Origin: Trichlorobacter lovleyi SZ
GTDB taxonomy: Bacteria > Desulfobacterota > Desulfuromonadia > Geobacterales > Pseudopelobacteraceae
DNA length: 32,000 nucleotides
Direction: 5' to 3'
NCBI RefSeq assembly: GCF_000020385.1
Contig: NC_010814.1
Coordinates: 3,870,001 to 3,902,000, forward strand
Below the pieces are notes generated by a model. That model was not told where the DNA came from, ran no database searches, and worked only from the letters and a program-made list of their open reading frames with translations. The position numbers and the translations under genes were made by a program. Every line of letters begins with the position of its first letter. Position 1 is the stretch's first letter. Positions 25,209 through 32,000 of the stretch are shown here, piece after piece.

Positions 25209-26617
25209 ATAATGATCTATATCCGGCATTTGGAGTGCTGCTTGTGGATGACGAACCGGCATGGCTTCGTTCTCTCTCTCTTGCTCTGGAAAGCAACTCG
25301 GGGATTACCAATGTCGTGCTCTGCAAGGACAGCCGCGAGGTCATGGGCATCCTGGAGCGTCAGAATATCGGCCTTATCCTCCTTGATCTCACCATGCCGC
25401 ATCTTTGCGGTGAAGAATTGCTGACACTCATTGGCGAGCAGTATCCCGATATCGCCACGATTGTGGTAAGCGGTCTGAATCAGGTCGGTACGATTGTTAC
25501 CTGCATGAAGCTTGGCGCATATGATTATTACGTTAAAACCGACGACGAAGAACGGATCGTCTGTGGTGTTCTCCGTGCCATTAAACTGCTGGAGTTGCAG
25601 CGGGACACCAAAGAGATGACACAACGCTTTGTGACATGCGAGTTGAAACACCCGGAAGCATTTCATGCAATCTGTACCGTTGATCGTGCCATGCAGTCAA
25701 TCTTTGCCTACATTGAGGCGGTGGCCCAAAGTCCACTACCGCTACTCATTACCGGAGAAAGCGGCGTTGGCAAAGAGCTCCTGGCCAAAGCGGCTCACGA
25801 CCTCAGCGGATGCAAAGGAGAACTGGTTGCAGTAAACGTCGCCGGACTCGACGATACGGTTTTTGCCGACACCCTCTTCGGCCATGTCCGAGGTGCCTTC
25901 ACCGGCGCGGAAAGTGTTCGCCGCGGCATGATCGAAGTGGCAACCAATGGAACGCTATTTCTCGATGAAATTGGTGATCTCAGCACGGCATCGCAGGTCA
26001 AGTTACTCCGCCTTATTCAGGAAGGGGAATATTTCCCGCTTGGCAGCGACCAACCCAAACGCCTCAAGGCGCGGATCATCGTTGCCACCCACCAGAATCT
26101 GGAAACAAAAGAGGCGTCCGGCGCGTTCCGCCGGGATCTGTTCTATCGGCTTCGCACCCATCATGTTCTGATTCCACCACTACGCAAACGCATAGACGAC
26201 CTTCCCTATCTGCTGGACCTCTTTCTGGAAGAAGCGGCTCGCACGCTGGGCAAAAAGAAGCCGACACCGCCGCCCAGCCTTGTGCCACTACTGTCTACCT
26301 ACAGTTTTCCCGGTAACATCCGCGAGCTTAAGGCCATGATCTATGACGCCGTAAGTACACACAAAGGTCATATGCTCTCGATGGATTCATTTCTAAAGGC
26401 CATCAACAACTCTTCAGAACATCCCGTGACGATGGCCAGTGTACCGGAGCATAATCCCTTTGCCTGCTTCGAGCGGCTGCCAACCTTTGCCAATGCCGCA
26501 ACCTACCTTCTTGAAGAAGCGCTCACACGCGCCAAAGGCAATCAGACTCTGGCTGCCCGTCTGCTCGGTATTTCCCAGCCGTCTCTCTGGAAAAGACTCA
26601 AACTCGCACGTCGCTAA
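25205..26617 (+). CDS. sigma-54-dependent response regulator (REC + AAA+ sigma54-interaction + Fis-type HTH; NtrC family)
   Basis: Receiver motifs VLLVDDEP and LILLDLTMPHLCG. Walker A GESGVGKE, intact GAFTGA loop, Walker B LFLDEIGDL, FRRDLFYRL, and C-terminal HTH GNQTLAARLLGISQPSLWKRLK. GTG 25205 overlaps the kinase stop as GTGA and has a GGAGGG SD 9 nt upstream. In-frame ATG 25169 is the alternative start. Confidence 0.85.
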   Translation: MNNDLYPAFGVLLVDDEPAWLRSLSLALESNSGITNVVLCKDSREVMGILERQNIGLILLDLTMPHLCGEELLTLIGEQYPDIATIVVSGLNQVGTIVTCMKLGAYDYYVKTDDEERIVCGVLRAIKLLELQRDTKEMTQRFVTCELKHPEAFHAICTVDRAMQSIFAYIEAVAQSPLPLLITGESGVGKELLAKAAHDLSGCKGELVAVNVAGLDDTVFADTLFGHVRGAFTGAESVRRGMIEVATNGTLFLDEIGDLSTASQVKLLRLIQEGEYFPLGSDQPKRLKARIIVATHQNLETKEASGAFRRDLFYRLRTHHVLIPPLRKRIDDLPYLLDLFLEEAARTLGKKKPTPPPSLVPLLSTYSFPGNIRELKAMIYDAVSTHKGHMLSMDSFLKAINNSSEHPVTMASVPEHNPFACFERLPTFANAATYLLEEALTRAKGNQTLAARLLGISQPSLWKRLKLARR

Positions 26618-26620
26618 ACA

Positions 26621-26661
26621 GCTATTGCCAAAGTCTATACTCTATAGATTTTGGCAATAGC
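26621..26661. promoter_or_regulatory. 41-nt near-perfect palindrome: candidate activator-binding site (UAS) and/or terminator of the kinase-regulator operon
   Basis: GCTATTGCCAAA (26621-26632) and TTTGGCAATAGC (26650-26661) are perfect 12-nt inverted arms. Pairing continues inward (one G-T, then 6 bp) to a 3-nt loop. It starts 4 nt after the regulator stop and is centred about 180 nt upstream of the -12 element. No T-run follows. Confidence 0.5.
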
Positions 26662-26806
26662 CATTCTATCCCGGCCAATTACCTGCCTTTCAACACTTCC
26701 GCAATATCCCTCCATAGCCTGCGGCTATAACGGATACGTTCTGTCCAATTACCTTAATTTGTTTAAAACAATAGTAAATATAGGCTGTTGTGCATAAACG
26801 CCCCTT

Positions 26807-26822
26807 TGGCACCGTTCGTGCT
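26807..26822 (+). promoter_or_regulatory. sigma-54 (-24/-12) promoter for the flavocytochrome operon
   Basis: TGGCACC-GTTC-GTGCT matches TGGCACG-N4-TTGCW with correct GG-N10-GC spacing. It lies 63 nt upstream of ATG 26885 and immediately downstream of a gene for a sigma-54 activator. Confidence 0.6.
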
Positions 26823-26884
26823 CCTACTGTGATTGGAATTACTATCAAGGAGGACGCTTCGGATGTCACAAAAAGGAGGAGTTT

Positions 26885-28675
26885 ATGAGACTGTTTAGAG
26901 CAGGCACCGTACTACTTTGTTCGCTGGTTTTGCTGGTCGGAAGCTCGCAGGTGTGGGCAGATGGAGGGACTTCAAAAACCACATTCCTGGCAGGTATTCA
27001 CAAAAAGAACCAGATGAGTTGTGCCGATTGTCATGGCAAATCTCTTGCCGTTGATGACAGCGAGACGGTTCTAAACAAAAAATGTGTTGAATGCCATGGG
27101 ACATTTGCAAGTCTTGCAAGCAAGAAAAAAGAACATATCAATCCGCATAAGTCCCACCTGGGAGAGGTCAACTGTACCACGTGCCACAAGGGACATACGG
27201 CGTCCAAGGCGTACTGCAATTACTGCCATTCGTTCGGTATGAAAATCCCTGCTATGGGCAGCGTCGAACAGTCCAATAGTAAAAAATGGATTCAGGAAAC
27301 AGCTCCCAAAAAATCTGACACAGCCAAGACTGTTACGGAACGTGCCGACATTGTTGTTATCGGTGCCGGTGGCGCCGGTTATGTGGCTTCGATCACTGCC
27401 CATGACGCCGGAGCCAAGGTAATCCTCTTGGAAAAGATGCCGATAACCGGTGGAAACAGCATGCTTGCAGCAGGCGGCATTAATGCGGCAGCAACACGAA
27501 TCCAGAAAGAACGCGGCATTCAGGATGATCCGGCTGAAATGGTTAAAGAGACCATGAAAGGCGGAAGAGAAAAGAACGACCTTGAACTGGTAAAAATCCT
27601 CTCGTACCGTTCATCCGACGCAGTTGATTTTCTGGTATCCCTTGGCGCAGACATGAGCGATTTGGTGCGCTCAGGCGGTGTACACGCCGACAGAACCCAC
27701 AGACCTGTAGGCGGAGCAGCGGTAGGCCCCCATCTGGTAAAAGTCTACAGAGAAAATGCTGCTAAACGCAACATTGACGTACGCGTAAATTCTGAAGTCG
27801 TAAAGATCCTCACTGACAAAAACGGCAGGGTAACCGGCGTACAGGTAAAAGGTAAACACAGAGGGTTGTACACCATAAAGGCTAAAGCGGTAATCGACAC
27901 AGCAGGCGGTTTTGCTGCAAACAATGATCTGGTTGGTTTTTACAAACCGCAGTTCAAAGAAACAGCTTCTTCAAACCAGCCCGGCGCAACCGGAGAAGGT
28001 GTTGTTCTGGCTGAAAAAATTGGTGCAAAAGTGATCGACATGGAGCAGATCCAGATCCATCCGACCATGGGCGGCGAAACCAAGGTGCTTGTCTCTGAAA
28101 CGGTTCGGGGCAGCGGCGCCATTCTGGTAAATCATGCGGGCAAGCGTTTTGTTAATGAGCTGACAACCCGCGACAAAGCCTCAGCAGCAATCTTTGCACA
28201 GCCGGAGAAGACAGCATTTCTTGTCCTTGGCGAAGATATCCGCAAGAGCAATGTGCAGATAGACGGGTATATCGAGCTCGGCCTCGTACAAGAATCCGAT
28301 TCAATTGAAGGATTAGCAACAAAGATGGGCGTTCCTGCCGCAACCCTTGCCGCAACAATTGCATCATACAACAAGGCCTATGACGCAAAGAATGACCCTG
28401 AGTTCAAACGTCAAGACATCCCGCGAAAAATTGCCGGTCCCAAGTACTATTCCATCTGGGTTAAGCCAGGCCGCCATCACACTATGGGCGGCGTCAAAAT
28501 CAATACGGAAGGTCAGGTAATCAGCACAAATGGCACACCGGTGGTTGGTCTGTATGCCGCCGGAGAGGTTACCGGTGGCGTCCATGGCTGGAACCGGCTG
28601 GGTGGCAACGCCATTACCGATACTGTTGTGTTCGGTCGTATCGCCGGGGCAAGTGCAGCCAAATTTGTCAAGTAG
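26885..28675 (+). CDS. periplasmic flavocytochrome c: N-terminal tetrahaem cytochrome domain + FAD-dependent fumarate/enoate reductase domain (Shewanella FccA/Fcc3-like)
   Basis: Signal peptide (LLCSLVLLVGSSQVWA). Four CxxCH motifs: CADCH at 27020-27034, CVECH, CTTCH, and CNYCH at 27215-27229. FAD Rossmann DIVVIGAGGAGYVASITAHDAGAKVILLEK. Catalytic blocks QIHPT, VSETVRGSGAILVN, GKRFVNELTTRD, RHHTMGGVKIN and GEVTGGVHGWNRLGGNA. Strong AGGAGG SD. Confidence 0.9.
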   Translation: MRLFRAGTVLLCSLVLLVGSSQVWADGGTSKTTFLAGIHKKNQMSCADCHGKSLAVDDSETVLNKKCVECHGTFASLASKKKEHINPHKSHLGEVNCTTCHKGHTASKAYCNYCHSFGMKIPAMGSVEQSNSKKWIQETAPKKSDTAKTVTERADIVVIGAGGAGYVASITAHDAGAKVILLEKMPITGGNSMLAAGGINAAATRIQKERGIQDDPAEMVKETMKGGREKNDLELVKILSYRSSDAVDFLVSLGADMSDLVRSGGVHADRTHRPVGGAAVGPHLVKVYRENAAKRNIDVRVNSEVVKILTDKNGRVTGVQVKGKHRGLYTIKAKAVIDTAGGFAANNDLVGFYKPQFKETASSNQPGATGEGVVLAEKIGAKVIDMEQIQIHPTMGGETKVLVSETVRGSGAILVNHAGKRFVNELTTRDKASAAIFAQPEKTAFLVLGEDIRKSNVQIDGYIELGLVQESDSIEGLATKMGVPAATLAATIASYNKAYDAKNDPEFKRQDIPRKIAGPKYYSIWVKPGRHHTMGGVKINTEGQVISTNGTPVVGLYAAGEVTGGVHGWNRLGGNAITDTVVFGRIAGASAAKFVK

Positions 28676-28705
28676 GATCGCGCGTTACTAACAACGCAAG
28701 TAAAT

Positions 28706-28740
28706 GGAGTTCCTGAGCTCATGGGGAGTTCAGGAACTCC
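28706..28740 (+). terminator. strong intra-cassette hairpin (partial terminator or mRNA-stabilising stem) between the flavocytochrome and MFS genes
   Basis: GGAGTTCCTGAGCTC (28706-28720) pairs with GAGTTCAGGAACTCC (28726-28740), giving a 15-bp stem with one G-T and a 5-nt loop. It begins 31 nt after the stop at 28675. No T-run follows. Confidence 0.4.
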
Positions 28741-28778
28741 ACACCCAGGCTTTGAGAAGCATCCGAGAGGTTATACCT

Positions 28779-30023
28779 ATGGAAACCCGTAGTCTGTTTC
28801 GGGCACTGTTCCTGATCAACTTCGCCATCACCCTCGGTTTTGGCATTGCCGACGCATTCTTCTCTATGTACGTTTTCAGCCTGGGAGCCAGGGGCATCCT
28901 TCTGGTGCTGCCGCTGGTACTCTATTCACTCTCAAAGATTCTCTTCAGCCCTTTTATGGGGGCCTGCTCCGACAAGATAGGACCAAGAAGAATTGCTTCC
29001 ATCAGTCTCGGTCTCTATCTACTCGTATCAATCTGCTATTTCTTCACTACCAGTCTGATGCTTATCACCATTATGCGCCTGTTTCAGGGGATCGGCTGCG
29101 CAATGTTCAGACCGTTGGTTGCCTCTCTTGTGGGTGAGAGGACGACAAGTGAAAAACGTGCAACCGTCTTGGGGACCTTTGACATTTCCTTTTACGGTGC
29201 TTTAAGCGTCGGGCCGGTTGTCGGCGGAATACTCAAGGATATCTGGGGCTTTGAGGGGATTTTTGCAGTGCTGACGCTGCTTTGCATCGTGGCGCTGTTG
29301 GTGGCACTGTTTTACATTCCTGCACAAAGACTCTCCAAGAACCATGCGGCAGAACGCAAAACGGAAAACCAATGCAAGTGCAGGACTATTTTTACGATGG
29401 CCCGGCAAAACTCCCTACGGGGGCTTCTTGCCTTCATCTTTGGCCGGGCCTGCGGGATATCGCTGCTGAGTGCCTTCCTGCCGATACTGCTAACAACCAA
29501 GCTCGGATTGAGCGGCATACAGACCGGATTGGTGATGGCCTCCGGCTCCCTGGTATTCACCCTCCTCCTGCGGCCAATCGGCATGCTTTCAGATAAGACA
29601 CCGCGCAAGCCTCTGATTGTCGCCGGCGGCACCATCGTATCGTTGCTCTACTTTCTGATACCTGTTGTGTCCGGATTTAGCCAGATACTGTTCCTGGGGT
29701 TGGGAATAGGCATGTTCAGCGTGCTCTCTCAGCCCGCCTGTACAACGCTCCTGATAGAAGAGGGAGTCCGTCACGGCATGGGGTTAACCGTTGGAATCTT
29801 TAATTCGGTGCTGAACCTGGGGTTTATTGCGGGTCCGTTATTCGGAGCAGGTATGCAACACACGTTCGGCCTGTCCTCGGTTTTTTATGCCGCTGGAATC
29901 TTGGGGTTTGTTGCAGTTGGACTGTTTATCACAACAATCGTGTCAGAGGATACGCCATCTTCAGCGCTTTTCCTTGAGAAGGGCGACGTCACACTATCTT
30001 ACGTAACATCAGAAAAGCTGTAA
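28779..30023 (+). CDS. MFS transporter (12-TM type)
   Basis: Repeated hydrophobic helices throughout, with an MFS motif-A-like loop GACSDKIGPRRIA between TM2 and TM3. Start at ATG 28779 with a GAGAGG SD; the ORF-track start at 28704 lies inside the hairpin. Confidence 0.8.
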   Translation: METRSLFRALFLINFAITLGFGIADAFFSMYVFSLGARGILLVLPLVLYSLSKILFSPFMGACSDKIGPRRIASISLGLYLLVSICYFFTTSLMLITIMRLFQGIGCAMFRPLVASLVGERTTSEKRATVLGTFDISFYGALSVGPVVGGILKDIWGFEGIFAVLTLLCIVALLVALFYIPAQRLSKNHAAERKTENQCKCRTIFTMARQNSLRGLLAFIFGRACGISLLSAFLPILLTTKLGLSGIQTGLVMASGSLVFTLLLRPIGMLSDKTPRKPLIVAGGTIVSLLYFLIPVVSGFSQILFLGLGIGMFSVLSQPACTTLLIEEGVRHGMGLTVGIFNSVLNLGFIAGPLFGAGMQHTFGLSSVFYAAGILGFVAVGLFITTIVSEDTPSSALFLEKGDVTLSYVTSEKL

Positions 30024-30061
30024 TCAAGAAATACAACTATTTAAACCAAAGGAGCTCACAC

Positions 30062-31369
30062 ATGAAATTTGCAAAACTTGGTTTGGCGGGGATAATCGTT
30101 GCTGGCCTTGCGACCAGTTCGTATGGAGCAGACTCACTGTTTGATGCCTTTAAAAACGGGAAAACAAACGGGGAGCTCAGGGCATGGTATTTTGATAGAA
30201 AAGTAGAAAATGCCCCTACTAGTTCAGCAGGCATCTTCACTACCGCGGCAATATTAGGCTATGTTACTGATACTTTTTACGGTTTTAGCTTAGGAGGAAC
30301 ATTTGAGGCAGTCTATGCTCCTGAGGCTAGTTCTGGTGCAAAGAATGTTTACAAAAGCGACATGTACGCCTCAGGTGCAGTTCTTTCAGAGGCGTATTTA
30401 CAATATGGCATAGCGAAAACGGCAGTTAAAGCCGGACGGCAATATATTTCTACGCCGTTGGTTACCGGAAGCGGTACGAGAATTGTTAAAGAATCCTTTC
30501 AAGGGGCTATGCTTACCAGTAAAGACCTCTCTGATACGACGATAACCGGAGGCTATATTAATAAGTTTCAAGGTAGAACCGGCTATGCCACAGGAGATTC
30601 CGTGGGTGATGCTCCGGATTTCGCCTCAAGATCAATATTCCTTGGTATTTCAGGGTCAACAACCTATGAATTTAATGGAGCTTACACCGTTGCGGTTATT
30701 AACAAGTCCATTCCAAACCTGACACTGACTGGACAATATCTTAATGTGGGCGACGTGAAGGTCGGTACAAAGAAATCAGATATCCATGTCTATTATACTG
30801 ATGCTAAATACTTACTCCCAATGGATGGGTACAAATTGGAATTTGCTCTTAACTTTCGCGGATCGCAGACAGAGGATCCACTATCTGCTACAATAAAGTA
30901 TAATGGTACGTATGCTGCTGGTAAAATTGCGGTCAGCGAGCTGGCAGGATTTGGAGCAAGCTTTGTTGCCGCAACAACCAGCCGTGATGATGCAGTGATA
31001 GCCGGTATGGGGAACGGCCCTTCAAGTTACACGGCAACACTGATAAGGGCAAGTACAGCCACCTTGACAGCCAATACCAATTCGTACCGGTGCGATGTGA
31101 CTTATGATTTTTCAAAAATCGGTCTTGCCGGGCTTAAAGGTGCATTGCAGTATGGTTGGACAAATCAAAACAGAGTAGGGACGGCAGCAACCAGTTCAGA
31201 TTATACTTCATATGCAGGGAGTTTGGATTACGCTGTTCCTCTGCTTAAGGGGCTGTCTTTGGCAGTACAGTATGAAAAACAGGAGAATGAGACCACGAAG
31301 TATACCTCCAATACCAAAACCTCCATTGACACCGATGAGTTGCGAATTAAACTGGCCTATAAATTCTGA
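30062..31369 (+). CDS. outer-membrane beta-barrel porin (OprD-like/unclassified)
   Basis: Signal peptide MKFAKLGLAGIIVAGLATSSYG-AD, alternating amphipathic beta-strand pattern rich in Y/G/T/S, and the C-terminal barrel signature ...LRIKLAYKF ending in Phe. AAGGAG SD. Confidence 0.7.
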   Translation: MKFAKLGLAGIIVAGLATSSYGADSLFDAFKNGKTNGELRAWYFDRKVENAPTSSAGIFTTAAILGYVTDTFYGFSLGGTFEAVYAPEASSGAKNVYKSDMYASGAVLSEAYLQYGIAKTAVKAGRQYISTPLVTGSGTRIVKESFQGAMLTSKDLSDTTITGGYINKFQGRTGYATGDSVGDAPDFASRSIFLGISGSTTYEFNGAYTVAVINKSIPNLTLTGQYLNVGDVKVGTKKSDIHVYYTDAKYLLPMDGYKLEFALNFRGSQTEDPLSATIKYNGTYAAGKIAVSELAGFGASFVAATTSRDDAVIAGMGNGPSSYTATLIRASTATLTANTNSYRCDVTYDFSKIGLAGLKGALQYGWTNQNRVGTAATSSDYTSYAGSLDYAVPLLKGLSLAVQYEKQENETTKYTSNTKTSIDTDELRIKLAYKF

Positions 31370-31404
31370 AAGCCTCTTGTCGAAATTGCACTTGCTTTAT
31401 GACA

Positions 31405-31436
31405 AAGCCTCCGGGGTAGTAAAGTCCCGGAGGCTT
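31405..31436. terminator. hairpin terminator shared by convergent porin and ABC-F genes
   Basis: AAGCCTCCGGG (31405-31415) and CCCGGAGGCTT (31426-31436) form an 11-bp stem with a 10-nt loop. It is followed by GTTG on the plus strand and TTTGTC on the minus strand. Confidence 0.55.
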
Positions 31437-31474
31437 GTTGCCTAACCCTCACCCCCACTTTCCCTAGGGTGAAA

Positions 31475-32000
31475 TTATGACAACTCCTCCCACTGCGCGT
31501 ACAGTTCCTCAAGCCTGGTGTTCAGTGCTGTATGCTGCTCACCGGCAGCCAGCCCTTGCTCAGGATCATCAAAGAAGCCGGGCCTGTTCATCTCTGCCTC
31601 AAGCTCAGCAATTTTTTGCTCAACCGTGGCGATCTCCTTCTCAATCGACTGTTGCTGTTTCTCCCGTGCCTGTTCTTCCTTTTTACGACGTTTCTGTTCT
31701 TCACGATCTTTAAGACGGTCTTCCTTATTCTGGGGGGGTAGCAACGCTACAGCGGATACGTTTGGTGCCGGTTCGGCTGCCGTCTTGATCTGGCGCGCTG
31801 ATGCAACAGGTGTCTGGGCTGATTCGCTCTCTTTTTTTGATAAATAGTATTCGTAATCGCCGTAATAATCGGTCAGCTTGCCTTCGCCAACCTCTACAAT
31901 CCGCGTTGCCAGACCGTTCACAAAGTAGCGGTCGTGGGAGACAAACACCACGGTGCCGTCAAAGCCCTTCAGGGCATCCAGCAGCACCTCTTTGCTGAAC
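31475..32000 (-). CDS. ABC-F family ATPase, C-terminal part (5' end lies beyond the window end)
   Basis: The frame is open to nt 32000. The H-loop region FDGTVVFVSHDRYFVN is followed by the Lys/Glu-rich coiled-coil tail (EEQKRRKKEEQAREKQQQSIEKEIATVEQKIAELEAEM) typical of ABC-F proteins. Confidence 0.85.
   Translation of the reverse strand, partial: FSKEVLLDALKGFDGTVVFVSHDRYFVNGLATRIVEVGEGKLTDYYGDYEYYLSKKESESAQTPVASARQIKTAAEPAPNVSAVALLPPQNKEDRLKDREEQKRRKKEEQAREKQQQSIEKEIATVEQKIAELEAEMNRPGFFDDPEQGLAAGEQHTALNTRLEELYAQWEELS

Noticed and set aside
28704-28778. 25-codon N-terminal extension of the MFS ORF.
   Set aside because: Its ATG lies inside the 28706-28740 hairpin and has no SD. ATG 28779 has a GAGAGG SD and is followed immediately by the first TM helix.
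1-32000. Search for rRNA, tRNA, CRISPR arrays, integrase or att sites, and toxin-antitoxin or known defence gene pairs.
   Set aside because: I saw no cloverleaf-like or rRNA-like segments, no regularly spaced direct repeats, and no integrase, recombinase or recognisable defence genes. Apart from the transposase relic, the window offers no mobile-element machinery.

Overview
GC-rich bacterial chromosomal segment. Hand counts of sampled lines give roughly 60-70% G+C in the core. Gene content suggests a Desulfuromonadales/Geobacter-type organism (inference only): many CheY-type receivers, GGDEF proteins, a sigma-54 activator, a multihaem flavocytochrome and an ndk-rlmN-pilW-rodZ backbone. I support about 30 protein genes and saw no rRNA, tRNA or CRISPR array. 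Nt 1-23150 is core, mostly on the minus strand. It holds proA (5' truncated), a COG2509-like FAD oxidoreductase, a receiver-rich phosphorelay operon with a Usp protein, rodZ, a pilW-like TPR lipoprotein, a PfkB kinase and mtnP. It continues with a PAS-PAS-GGDEF protein whose active site is degenerate (GGDGF) but whose RxxD I-site is intact, tightly coupled to a V4R protein. Then come rlmN, ndk, rsmB, rpe, a PleD-like cyclase, a transglutaminase-like exported protein, an M16 peptidase, a HIT protein, an orphan kinase, two small unknown membrane or secreted proteins, and a DinG/XPD-type helicase with an N-terminal RadC-like JAMM domain. Nt 23150-31450 is a visibly AT-shifted, co-directional plus-strand cassette. 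It encodes a sensor kinase with a periplasmic solute-binding domain, an NtrC-type sigma-54 activator, a good -24/-12 promoter with upstream palindromes, a Shewanella FccA-like tetrahaem/FAD flavocytochrome c, an MFS transporter and a beta-barrel porin. A decayed Y1/RAYT-type transposase fragment marks its left edge. This self-contained sense-import-reduce periplasmic respiratory module of unknown substrate is my best candidate for an undescribed system. Secondary leads are the JAMM-DinG fusion, the V4R/degenerate-GGDEF pair inserted into the conserved ndk-rlmN-pilW-rodZ block, and a 140-nt intergenic element whose closing helix would sequester the HIT gene's Shine-Dalgarno. The window ends inside an ABC-F ATPase gene. 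All family assignments come from motif recognition by eye, with no database search.
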